From a virus (Duplodnaviria; Caudoviricetes): DNA of 52,350 nt. Numbering within the stretch: the first letter of the stretch is position 1; each line of letters starts with the position of its first letter. Below, piece by piece: positions 26,173-35,496 of this stretch. The DNA lies in the IMG/VR virus record IMGVR_UViG_3300038551_000101, positions 1-52,350 of that record; one strand, 5' to 3'. The notes beneath the pieces are model-generated. The model ran no database searches, had not been told where the DNA came from, and saw only the letters and a program-made list of their open reading frames with translations. The translations under genes were made by a program, and so were the position numbers.

Positions 26173-26526
26173 ATGAAAGCGTTAGAATTGTTTGGGAAAA
26201 ATCTAAGATTACTTAGAAAATTAAAAGGTTTATCACAAGAAGAACTTGGTCAACATCTTAATTTAAGTCGTAATCAGATAAATAATTATGAAAATGCGAT
26301 GTTTGAACCAAATATGGATGCAATTCTTCAAATCAGTTCGTTCTTTAACGTCCCGTTAGATGCCCTTTTTAGCCGTTTTAACGAGACAGATGACGAATTA
26401 CTACGTAATACCCTCGATGAGATCCAAAAAACGTATGCAGCGTTAACAGGACCCCAACGAGAAAAGTATTGTAAACAACTCTTATTTTATTCAAAAGTCT
26501 TAGCAGAGACAGATGAGTTGTTATGA
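26173..26526 (+). CDS. Second XRE-family regulator
   Basis: MKALELFGKNLRLLRKLKGLSQEELG...YEN...EP; start moved to ATG 26173. Confidence 0.85.
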   Translation: MKALELFGKNLRLLRKLKGLSQEELGQHLNLSRNQINNYENAMFEPNMDAILQISSFFNVPLDALFSRFNETDDELLRNTLDEIQKTYAALTGPQREKYCKQLLFYSKVLAETDELL

Positions 26527-26593
26527 TTTGATTTTAGAAGAAAATGTTTCCAATTTCCAGCGGTAAAAACTACATAATTTACCATTTTGTAGA

Positions 26594-26619
26594 AGGGAGC
26601 TAGTCTTGCTCTCTTTTTT
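26594..26619 (+). terminator. Intrinsic terminator
   Basis: GGGAGC-TAGTCTT-GCTCTC-TTTTTT. Confidence 0.55.
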
Positions 26620-26714
26620 ATTTATCAACGACATAATATGACAAAATAATTGTAACTAAACCTGCTATGATGATTCTGAAAAATCTTACATTTTACATAT
26701 TGGAGGAATCAATT

Positions 26715-27296
26715 GTGGGTAAAATTTTTAAGTTTGGTTGTTTAGGAGTAATAGCACTCGTAGTTATTATTTTTATCGCTGCTGTCGTTGATGGTAATAA
26801 TGATCCAAAAGAGAAAGCATCTAATGAACCAAAACAAGAAGTAAAAAAGGATGCTCCAAAGAAAGATAAAGAAGCTAAAAAAGAAGAACCTAAAGAACTT
26901 TCTAAGGAAGGTGAATCCTCCAACGTAAAAATCACTGTTGGATCTGTTGAAACTTTAGAATCAGTCGGTACAGAACATATAAACGAAAAAGCTCAAGGTA
27001 TCTTTAAAGTTGTTGAATTAACACTTACCAATAATCAAAAAGACGCCATCACATTAAGTAGCAATAGCTTTAAATTAGTTGATAATCAAGGCCGTGAGTT
27101 TTCAACTAATTCCGCTGCACAGATTAAATTAAACGTAGCAAATGGCGGTAATTCTAAGTTTTTATTAGAAAAACTAAATCCCGGACTATCACAAACAGGT
27201 AAAGTTGTATTTGATGTACCTAAAGATGTACAAGGTCTAGTATTAAAAGCTCGTGGTGGCATGATGGGGAAGGAAATTACATTAAAACTGGAATAG
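26715..27296 (+). CDS. DUF4352 membrane-anchored surface protein
   Basis: N-terminal TM, Lys/Glu linker, FKLVDNQGREF...LNPG...VVFDVP; GTG start with GGAGG. Confidence 0.8.
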   Translation: MGKIFKFGCLGVIALVVIIFIAAVVDGNNDPKEKASNEPKQEVKKDAPKKDKEAKKEEPKELSKEGESSNVKITVGSVETLESVGTEHINEKAQGIFKVVELTLTNNQKDAITLSSNSFKLVDNQGREFSTNSAAQIKLNVANGGNSKFLLEKLNPGLSQTGKVVFDVPKDVQGLVLKARGGMMGKEITLKLE

Positions 27297-27324
27297 AAAA
27301 GGCATCCTTTGGGATGTCTTTTTT
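27297..27324 (+). terminator. Intrinsic terminator
   Basis: AAAAGGCATCC-TTTG-GGATGTCTTTTTT. Confidence 0.7.
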
Positions 27325-28034
27325 GTATCTATTCTTACCAGCCCCCTTTTATTAGGCCCAGTACCAGCGTTGCTGTAACCAGGGGCAAAGCAGAAAAAAT
27401 GCTTAATATATACATGTTTTTTTAGTAACAAAAAGGTTTAAAATCAATAATGTTACGAATTACTTTTGATACAGTATTTTGTTACAGCTACTTCAACGGG
27501 TAAGATATTTTATATTTTTAAATACAAAATGTAACAGAAACGAACGTTTATGTTACAAATCCGATTAGCCCAGTTAATCCTTCAATTGGATTAAGACCTC
27601 TTGCTATTATAATAAACAAGGTTGTTTTACCAGTACCAATTGGTCTAATTTGCCCAATAGCATTGAATTTTTAGGTGGGAGTCTTACTGCCCGTTAATGC
27701 GGGATAACAATTACTTTGCCCCTAAACGCAACAACGCTGGTATTAGGCCTATTACTATTTAATACACAATAAGTATAATGAAATTTCACGTACTATATCC
27801 GTTGTATAAAACCAAAGTTCAAAACATCACTAAAAATACTCCCCCACCAAAATAAAAACCCCCTAAATAGGAGGTTCATCAAAGTAATATATAAGTAATC
27901 CGAATAAGGTACTGTTTAACAAGATAACCCTGGGACAATAATAAAAATGTAACCCCAAAAGAACTAGACAGTTTAAAGAGACTTACCAGTGCGCACATGT
28001 AAATATAGATAGCTAAATGAGCACAAAGAAACAA

Positions 28035-28155
28035 GTAGTCCATATATATACGGTTTAAGGTGTTGGAGCATGTCCGCTTTTTTTTTCAATACAAATAATA
28101 ACAAGACGTAGACCATATATTAACGGTTTTACCTGACAGAGCATGTCCGCTTTTT
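28035..28155. repeat. Two ~48-bp direct repeats downstream of rep (probable plasmid origin)
   Basis: GTAG(T/A)CCATATAT..ACGGTTT......GAGCATGTCCGCTTTTT at 28035 and 28108. Confidence 0.65.
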
Positions 28156-29467
28156 ATAATTGCTTTCTTAATCTTCGTAAATGCCGCTCGGAAATTCCTA
28201 ATTCTTTCGCGATTTCTTTCCATTTCGGTTTCTTTACCTTGTTTAAAACTTCCTTTAATTTATCTAACTGTTTGTCTGTTTGTTCTGCTGACTTAGTTAA
28301 ATACTCTTCACGCGTTGCTATGCCTTTTTCACGACGTATTTCACGCTGTTTTATTGTATTCCTTCGTTGTTTTTCTACTTTATCGATTAAAGTACTCAAT
28401 TTTTCTTTTTCTTCTTGCCTAAAATCGATATTAAGCTTGCGGATTACCGTATCAGTACGCATTGGTTTAATAATGTTTTGCGGTAAACCGAAACGATTAT
28501 AGTCATTTTTCGCAAACTCATCGAAAAAAATCATCGCATCTTTATAAGCGTTTTTCGCTGTACGTTCGACTTCTTTTCTTGGTTGCGGATCAGCAAGCTT
28601 TTCATTTAATTGGAATGTCATTTCTAACGTTGCTGCTTGATTTTTAACAATTAAAGCCGTTGTAAAGGAATAAATGTATGTTAAATCATTTCGATTTTCA
28701 ATTACACCGTTTCTCATCTCAACGATAAGTTCTAAATCCGCTTTACGTTTTGTATTTAAACTGTAAAGATCCATTACCCCTTTACGTGCCGGTAACGTTG
28801 TTAAAGCGCCCTTACGCTTTGTTTTACGCTTCTTTTCTAGTGGCGGTACATATTCATATAGTTCCTGCAATGAATACTCTCTATCAGTCCATAAATCTAC
28901 TGTAATTGTTTGTCCAGTTTTACCATGTGTGCTATATGGTAATCTAAACACCCTGGATAAATCAGAACAGGAACCATCTGCACCTAAAGGCATTAGCATT
29001 TTAACAAAATGATTTGTTATGTATTGCGTTAAATACGCCATTTGTGGAGCAGCGCCACCACTTATGCTATAGACTAACTGCACACCTCGACCATTCATGA
29101 TTATGTTAGGACAAGGTAACGATTGACTGTAGACCAAATCATGCAGTTGCTTAATTACATATTCTTTTGAGAGTCCTATTTTATAAAAGTCCAAGTCTAC
29201 GCCTATATTGCGTATTTGCTTCAAATCAGCCGTTTTTCTGCTCCCGTGTTCAAATGCATTAAGGGATAAGTAAACGTCTTTTAAACCACGTTCTGAAGCT
29301 TTTAATAAATGCTTTATATCTCGTAAGCCGTACCAAATTTGTTTGTGATCTTCATTACTTAAATCAATTGTAACTACATATCCTGATTTTTTTCGTTCTG
29401 ATAAGTAACATTCATACCAGGAATCAATGAACGTTTCCTCCTGCGGCTTCCGAATTGCCACTGACAT
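28154..29467 (-). CDS. rep: Plasmid replication initiator, AEP/primase-like Rep with C-terminal HTH
   Basis: VDLD, NGRGVQLVY, SRVFRLP motifs; WKEIAKELGISERHLRRL; start MSVAIRK with AAGGAGG. Confidence 0.8.
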   Translation of the reverse strand: MSVAIRKPQEETFIDSWYECYLSERKKSGYVVTIDLSNEDHKQIWYGLRDIKHLLKASERGLKDVYLSLNAFEHGSRKTADLKQIRNIGVDLDFYKIGLSKEYVIKQLHDLVYSQSLPCPNIIMNGRGVQLVYSISGGAAPQMAYLTQYITNHFVKMLMPLGADGSCSDLSRVFRLPYSTHGKTGQTITVDLWTDREYSLQELYEYVPPLEKKRKTKRKGALTTLPARKGVMDLYSLNTKRKADLELIVEMRNGVIENRNDLTYIYSFTTALIVKNQAATLEMTFQLNEKLADPQPRKEVERTAKNAYKDAMIFFDEFAKNDYNRFGLPQNIIKPMRTDTVIRKLNIDFRQEEKEKLSTLIDKVEKQRRNTIKQREIRREKGIATREEYLTKSAEQTDKQLDKLKEVLNKVKKPKWKEIAKELGISERHLRRLRKQL

Positions 29468-29512
29468 ACAAAAAGACCTCCTTATAGAATAAAAGGAAGT
29501 CACACAAGAGTC

Positions 29513-29645
29513 TTTACCTCTTCGTTTAAATTTGTTATCATAAGAGTACAAATTAATTAACAACAGGGTATCACACCTTGTGCAACTTATTGGAGGGTTT
29601 ATTCTCAAACTTTGGTCGGGGAGAGAATAGGCCCTTTGTCCATTT
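29513..29645 (+). ncRNA. Candidate counter-transcribed copy-control RNA
   Basis: TTTACC-17-TATCAT with TG; terminal hairpin AGGGTTTATTCTC...GAGAATAGGCCCT; antisense to the rep leader. Confidence 0.55.
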
Positions 29646-29698
29646 ATTCGATTAATTTCTACAACAATTGTAATACAAGATTAATAGAGATACAAGAA

Positions 29699-29722
29699 GA
29701 GGACGAGCTTTATGCTTGTCCT
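29699..29722 (-). terminator. Terminator after par operon
   Basis: AGGACGAGC-TTTAT-GCTTGTCCT. Confidence 0.5.
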
Positions 29723-30202
29723 CTATTTTTCTATTCTATCTAAAATCATTTCGATCGCCTGGTTCACAAGCTCCGTTTTAAATCCTTTTCTTTTCCCTTT
29801 AGAAAGCTTTTCAAGGCGTTTAACTGTTTCGTTTTTAATTAACCATGTTTGACGAGTGTGTGTGTCTTCTTTAGTAACCTTTTTATTAAACTGTTCAAGA
29901 AACTGTTCAGTAAACTTATCATGAATATGTTCATTTTTATTTTCCTCTTCAATTTCAGGCTCCTGTTTAATTTCAGGTTCATTTTCCTCTTTAACTTCCG
30001 GTTCATCTTCATTATTATTCTCAACAACTTCTTCAACTGTTGGCACATCAGGGATTGTCGGCTTTTCTTCGCCTTCTTTTATTTCTTGTTTTTGATTTAA
30101 TTCTTCGCTATCAGCAACATCAGAAAACCCGGGTATTTTTGGTTTTTCTTTTTTAAGATTATCTCCGTAATCAGCTAAATCTCCTTTACCAGAACGAGCC
30201 AT
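29723..30202 (-). CDS. Partition adaptor / centromere-binding protein (type Ib-like)
   Basis: Acidic disordered N-terminus, C-terminal RHH-like THTRQTWLIKNETVKRL...KTELVNQAI; coupled to parA. Confidence 0.7.
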   Translation of the reverse strand: MARSGKGDLADYGDNLKKEKPKIPGFSDVADSEELNQKQEIKEGEEKPTIPDVPTVEEVVENNNEDEPEVKEENEPEIKQEPEIEEENKNEHIHDKFTEQFLEQFNKKVTKEDTHTRQTWLIKNETVKRLEKLSKGKRKGFKTELVNQAIEMILDRIEK

Positions 30203-30990
30203 TACACAGTCACCTCCGTTAATAATTCATTCGCTAAATCAACGTACAAATCTACAACATTATCTTTCTTTTTAATAAGTGTCGCAGGTTTTTTCTCGTA
30301 AGCTATTGCTTTAGCAAACTTAATTGATTTAGGAATAATTGTCTCAAATACTTTAATATCATTCTGCAAACAGAATTTGCGACATTCTTGTAACACTTCT
30401 TCATGAAGCGTTGCCCTTCTGTCGTAAAGAGTCGGAACAACTCCTAATAAATTTAGTTCTGTATTTGTCTTAGTTCTAAATTTATCGATAGTTTTTACCA
30501 TCTTCACTAAAGATCGCATGCTGTACACTTCAGGTTGGAACGGGATGACTACATCTGTTGCAAACTCCAATACATTCGCTTGGATCAATCCTAAGTTTGG
30601 TGGTGTATCAATAAATATGTAATCATAATCACTTACTACATCTTTCATTGCATTTTTTAACAATCCAAAAGGAGTAGGATATTTTCCGATTTCCGGTAAA
30701 ACATCTAGTTCAAAAAATGACATGTCATCATTTGATGGTAGAACATCTATATTTTCATGCACATTCATAATTGCGTGTTGTACTGGTAATCCATCTACTA
30801 AAACATCATATAATGTGTACTGACACTTATCAGGATTCTGGTTGAACGAAACTAATGCATTACCTTGGTTATCCGTATCAATAATTAAAACTTTCTTCCC
30901 TTGTGTCGCTAATACACCTGCAAGGTTTACTACAAGTGATGTTTTTAATACGCCACCTTTGTTCTGCGAAATAGATATAATTTTAGTCAA
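30202..30990 (-). CDS. parA: ParA/Soj partition ATPase
   Basis: KGGVLKTS, IDTDNQGN, YIFIDTPP; TTG start at 30990 with AAGGAGG. Confidence 0.93.
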   Translation of the reverse strand: MTKIISISQNKGGVLKTSLVVNLAGVLATQGKKVLIIDTDNQGNALVSFNQNPDKCQYTLYDVLVDGLPVQHAIMNVHENIDVLPSNDDMSFFELDVLPEIGKYPTPFGLLKNAMKDVVSDYDYIFIDTPPNLGLIQANVLEFATDVVIPFQPEVYSMRSLVKMVKTIDKFRTKTNTELNLLGVVPTLYDRRATLHEEVLQECRKFCLQNDIKVFETIIPKSIKFAKAIAYEKKPATLIKKKDNVVDLYVDLANELLTEVTV

Positions 30991-31197
30991 GGTTTTCTCC
31001 TCCTTATTATCTGTTACAGAATAACATAATGAAACTGAATAGTACACGTAATAATTTAATAAACAAATTACTGTTCATTAACATATTCATAAAACTGAAC
31101 AGTTTTATATTACTTTTCATTAATAATGTTTATGTTATTGAATACACTAATGATTTATATAACTGTTTCTATTTCTTTTCATGAAATCCTGCAAAGA

Positions 31198-31221
31198 AAA
31201 AAGCCCTTCATTGGGCTTTTT
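31198..31221. terminator. Bidirectional terminator
   Basis: AAAAAGCCC-TTCATT-GGGCTTTTT. Confidence 0.65.
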
Positions 31222-31264
31222 ATTCTATATTCTTATACAAGTACATAACATAGATATTGCCTGT

Positions 31265-31330
31265 TATCCTTGTAACTCTTCCTATCTTCGACCGTACAAT
31301 TGGGTGTGCTGTTTAGTTAAGGAAGAGTTA
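31265..31330 (-). pseudogene. Degenerate duplicate of the 3' end of the large ATPase gene
   Basis: Encodes NSSLTKQHTQLYGRR*EELQG* vs NSSLTIRHAEMYGRRWEELQG* at 31601. Confidence 0.75.
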
Positions 31331-31600
31331 CTTCTTCATCAAACATAAAAACATTCTATTCTGCTTTGTTGGACATAAATCAAGTAATCTCATGATATTC
31401 TCAGCGTCATTTATGCTATTTGCATTAACTATATTATTTCTCCACATCCATCGTTTCTTGTCTATACTTCTATATACAGCCCCACTATCACCATTAATCC
31501 ACAGTCGATTATTGCAACCCATGATTTCTGAACGAATCCAGTATTTTTTGTTAACCATAGCAATCACCTTTGTATTAAGACATAAGGAATACATCGCCTG

Positions 31601-34153
31601 TCATCCTTGCAACTCTTCCCATCTTCGGCCGTACATTTCCGCATGTCGGATAGTTAGGGAAGAGTTATTATATCGTTCTTTTTCATCTCTCGGTGGCAAC
31701 ATATGGACCATAAAAGCATGTAACGGTTCTTTTGTATTCAAAATAGCAATTGAATAATGTTTAGGCGTTCGCAATGCATCCTCTATCGTAAATGTGGGGT
31801 GTAATCGTTCTTTTGCTAATTCGAATGTCCCTTTATGATCGTTTGCAAATAAGAATTGATTCACACCACCAGCAATAAGATTATCTCGTAAGTAATCCGG
31901 TAATTTCCCCCAATGATGAAAAGCGAATATTGAACCCAATCTTTCTTTTCTTCCCTCCGTCGCTATACGTCCCATTAATTTAGCGAGACCCTTAGATTCA
32001 ACTTGCTCCGGTTCATTGAAAATCAAGAAGCAACCGTGTCTATCTTTATCCTCTTCACTCATGAGCATTCTAGTCATTAGAACTTTTAAAGTAACCCAAT
32101 GAGCTAATATATTACTAGCTGCACCTAATTTACGGTTAGGCATACGGATAATAATTACCTTTCCTTCCTTCATCCATTTCTCAAAATTGACGTTTTCCTT
32201 TGGTTGTTGAGCAAATATATCATGTAATGTATCATCACCAAAAAACATATTTAATCTGCTTAAAATAGCATCGCACTTATTACTTAAAGCTTCATTATCT
32301 CCCCACTGCAACAACTCCCTTGCTAGTCTTTCGTATCCTTCCTCCAACAATTCACTTATTCTATCAACGCGGTAATCTTCATCTTCAATTATTTTCTTAA
32401 TGTTAGAAAGAGATCCTTTGCTGGCTTTTGCTGCTTCCATTAAATATTTTTCGGAACGTGCTAAACCTTCTAGATTCATAAAGTCAATCATTTCTAAAGC
32501 GAACCGCGAACCGCCTTTTCTTCCTAATTTCTCTATAACTTCTGTTAAATCCATCGGGATGATATAGTCCTCATTTGATAAATCTAAATCGATTATTTTA
32601 TCAGACGGCAGTAGATCGCGTATTCCATCAGCCATTCCTTTATGGCCGGGCTGACATATCCAATCAGGAATAACAAACGAAATATTATGTTTCATTGCAC
32701 CTTCATAAACAAAATTTTGGATACTATTATCTTTTCCACTCCCCTGTTTACCAATGAAGGTATATCCGCAATAGAATTCTTCCTTTTGTTCCGCTTGTAA
32801 ACCAACATTAATTTTCTTATCTTTATGTTCTGCATAACCAATCAATAGATTTTTAGGATTTTGGAGTACACTTGGAATATCCGTTTCCGTTCTCTTTTTC
32901 ACGCTCAATGCTTCCTCGTATCGCCTTTGTAGCTCCGCTGTAGGCATTTGCATTGCTAATTTAGCCATTTCGTCAGTCGAAATTAAATTAACGTTACCGT
33001 TCATTTTCGTACGTTTGGAGAGGTGCAATGTATTTAACTCCCGGATAACTTCTTTCTTCCTGCTTTTGTTGTTAACTTTAACGCCATGTAGTTCGTTGTT
33101 ATCAGCTATTTCGCTGGATGAGAGGGATAAGGTTTCGCTCATTGTTTCACGCGTCAGACGGTCTTGTGAGTGCGCCGCTATACGTATATGACTTTTAAAA
33201 ACAGGATTGTTTAATTTTTCACGGCTCGCATTACTGATATGACGCGCGTTAATTTCATCCTCCAAACTAAACGGCTTATCAACCACTTTCCCTTTCTCAT
33301 ATGACTTATTACTTTTGAAAAATGTATTTGCTAAAGCATTAAATAAATCCGTAATCAGGAAATTCACTTCATTCACAAAACCTCCAAGCGCCTGTTTTGA
33401 AGCGCCTAACACCATCCTGGAGTTAATTGTTGCTCTTTGCGGTACTTTTCCTTTAGAAAGTTTCTCATAAGCCCAAGACGCGTTCTTTATCCACTTTTGA
33501 CGGTTCTCTGCTTCATTACAGATACTTAGCCTTGCAAAGTCTCCATCAAATTGTAATTCGTCTATCGTGTTCATAACTGCTGCAATAGGTGTCTTTTGCT
33601 CATTCATGTTTGTGTTCAAGCTGAATATATCGTGTTTTAGATACTTTAACTCCTGGATAATCGTATTTTCTTCCGGGACTTGTATTTGCTCAAGAGAAGC
33701 TTCTTTTATGGTGACACTCATCTTATTTTCTAATTTTCTTTTCAACTTAGTTGCTTGGTACTCTGAAGTCGATACATAAAACTCAATTTTCTTTTGGCCG
33801 TCCTCTTGTTTAAATATCACATCGAACCAAAATAAATCTTTCTCCCTGTATACAAAACGCAATCCATCGCGTTCTAAACGTGTTCCTGGTGATTCATACA
33901 TTTCATACATCTTATAAATAGCTTTCCATAATCGGCGCGTGTTATTTGTAACATTACTGTGCGGAATAATACGATACACAACCATTTTGTTTTGCTGTGT
34001 TTGAAAGAAATCAGACCAGGCTATTGTTTCAGTACGTTTCCACCACTTCTTTTTCTTCTTCGGTATTTCTGCCGGCACACCACCAAGATAAAGCGCGGGG
34101 TAATAAAATTTCTGCTCCTGATCCGGTAAAAACTCTTCTTTCTTCTCATCCAC
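31601..34153 (-). CDS. Large FtsK/HerA-superfamily (VirB4/VirD4-like) ATPase
   Basis: 850 aa; GKQGSGKD, GKVIIIRMP, FLIFNEPEQ, EGRKERLGSIFAFH; GTG start 34153. Confidence 0.75.
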   Translation of the reverse strand: MDEKKEEFLPDQEQKFYYPALYLGGVPAEIPKKKKKWWKRTETIAWSDFFQTQQNKMVVYRIIPHSNVTNNTRRLWKAIYKMYEMYESPGTRLERDGLRFVYREKDLFWFDVIFKQEDGQKKIEFYVSTSEYQATKLKRKLENKMSVTIKEASLEQIQVPEENTIIQELKYLKHDIFSLNTNMNEQKTPIAAVMNTIDELQFDGDFARLSICNEAENRQKWIKNASWAYEKLSKGKVPQRATINSRMVLGASKQALGGFVNEVNFLITDLFNALANTFFKSNKSYEKGKVVDKPFSLEDEINARHISNASREKLNNPVFKSHIRIAAHSQDRLTRETMSETLSLSSSEIADNNELHGVKVNNKSRKKEVIRELNTLHLSKRTKMNGNVNLISTDEMAKLAMQMPTAELQRRYEEALSVKKRTETDIPSVLQNPKNLLIGYAEHKDKKINVGLQAEQKEEFYCGYTFIGKQGSGKDNSIQNFVYEGAMKHNISFVIPDWICQPGHKGMADGIRDLLPSDKIIDLDLSNEDYIIPMDLTEVIEKLGRKGGSRFALEMIDFMNLEGLARSEKYLMEAAKASKGSLSNIKKIIEDEDYRVDRISELLEEGYERLARELLQWGDNEALSNKCDAILSRLNMFFGDDTLHDIFAQQPKENVNFEKWMKEGKVIIIRMPNRKLGAASNILAHWVTLKVLMTRMLMSEEDKDRHGCFLIFNEPEQVESKGLAKLMGRIATEGRKERLGSIFAFHHWGKLPDYLRDNLIAGGVNQFLFANDHKGTFELAKERLHPTFTIEDALRTPKHYSIAILNTKEPLHAFMVHMLPPRDEKERYNNSSLTIRHAEMYGRRWEELQG

Positions 34154-34154
34154 T

Positions 34155-34508
34155 TTAAACACCTCCAAGTATTGTAAGTGCAAGAATTAAAAGAGCTGTG
34201 TACCAACTTACCGTTTTCATTAAGCTTCCTTTCCCTAACATAGATGAAATGATAATAAATGCACCTGCCGCTATTGTGGTATATCCCATAATGTCCGGAA
34301 GGCTCACTACAAACCAATCCCATAGCAAAACCCCACATTCTTTAATAAAGTGACCAATCGGTTTTAATATGAACTCTATTTCTGTATGAACGATACTATC
34401 GCTAAAATCGTTTAGTATATCCATAAATGAGCCTTCCTTTGCCTTCTCACCGATATAACCACCTGCATTCGCTAAAACCATTTGACCACCATCTAAGATG
34501 AATTTCAT
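34155..34508 (-). CDS. Membrane protein (2 TM)
   Basis: Hydrophobic C-terminal half, AAGGAGG RBS. Confidence 0.7.
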   Translation of the reverse strand: MKFILDGGQMVLANAGGYIGEKAKEGSFMDILNDFSDSIVHTEIEFILKPIGHFIKECGVLLWDWFVVSLPDIMGYTTIAAGAFIIISSMLGKGSLMKTVSWYTALLILALTILGGV

Positions 34509-34520
34509 GATGTGCCCTCC

Positions 34521-34874
34521 TTATATTCCTTTTAAGAAATCCCTTATGTCTATCGAGTGTCTCGCCAAAATATATCCACAAGACACACCAATTAAAATTT
34601 CTAACGCCTTTGTACGATGCCCCAAAGCCCAACTTGCTCCACTGAAAATAATGACAAGTACTACCCCTGCATCAAATGCATTCATAATAGCCCCGTGGAC
34701 ATTTCCAAAAGTGCTATTAACAGTGGCTGCAAATGCTGCTTTGGGTAGGATCATGATAAGTGAACCGATAGTACCGGTAGTCACTCTTTTTAATGCGGTA
34801 ATATCACTTTTCTCCTTATTTTTGTAACTGCCATCCATAAACGAACGGAACGGTATTACCTCTGTTTTCGCCAT
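34521..34874 (-). CDS. TrbC/VirB2 pilin-like membrane protein
   Basis: Leader ending PKAAFA, then two hydrophobic helices (SGASWALGHRTKALEILIGVSCGY). Confidence 0.55.
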   Translation of the reverse strand: MAKTEVIPFRSFMDGSYKNKEKSDITALKRVTTGTIGSLIMILPKAAFAATVNSTFGNVHGAIMNAFDAGVVLVIIFSGASWALGHRTKALEILIGVSCGYILARHSIDIRDFLKGI

Positions 34875-34949
34875 GATGTACACCTCTCACATGTTATTTT
34901 TTTAACAGGACATACTAACGGTAAATCCTTAAAATTGGAGGGATTAACA

Positions 34950-35018
34950 ATGCATGTAGCTATTGCTGTAACAGTAGGAGCAATTATCGGTACATTAGTT
35001 AATATTTTCGTGGGCTAG
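34950..35018 (+). CDS. Hydrophobic micropeptide (22 aa)
   Basis: MHVAIAVTVGAIIGTLVNIFVG, GGAGGG RBS. Confidence 0.45.
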   Translation: MHVAIAVTVGAIIGTLVNIFVG

Positions 35019-35346
35019 ATGGCATAAATGGCAGTGAACTTGGAGAAGTTTGCTGCTTCTTTGTTTGTGATTTAAGTTGTTGGATCCGTTCGGATGCAGT
35101 TGGTTGTGGCTTTGGTTTTGAAGGTGCAGCAGGAGTGAATGTTTTTTCTGTTTTAATTTCTTTCATTTGTACTTTTAGCTGTTCAGATTGCTCTGTATGC
35201 TCTTTTTCTACTTCCACAAGACTCATAGCTTCCCAAATTAATTTCTTCACATATCCGCTAAAATTACGACGTTTAACGTGCTGTAACATTAATCTATCTT
35301 TTTCGTTCTTCTCATTAAAAGCCACTGGTTTACTGAATTTAGCCAT
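34999..35346 (-). CDS. RHH-like DNA-binding protein
   Basis: KPVAFN...RNFSGYVKKLIWEAM, disordered tail. Confidence 0.6.
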   Translation of the reverse strand: MAKFSKPVAFNEKNEKDRLMLQHVKRRNFSGYVKKLIWEAMSLVEVEKEHTEQSEQLKVQMKEIKTEKTFTPAAPSKPKPQPTASERIQQLKSQTKKQQTSPSSLPFMPSSPRKY

Positions 35347-35496
35347 TTACAACACTCCCTTTTGGTAGTAGCGGTGATATCGCTTTGTTAAAAGGTATTT
35401 CGTGCTGCTTGAACAATATTCAATCTTTTTTGAAGTTTAGAAAGTTTAATTTTTGGACAGGCTGATTACAAAAAAAATAAAAGGGAGCGTTTAATC

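Noticed and set aside
31265-31670. Diversity-generating retroelement TR/VR pair
   Set aside because: No reverse transcriptase in the window and mismatches are not confined to adenines.
31328-31757. Track ORFs 31328..31594 (-) and 31392..31757 (+)
   Set aside because: No convincing RBS or motifs; cannot be supported as genes.
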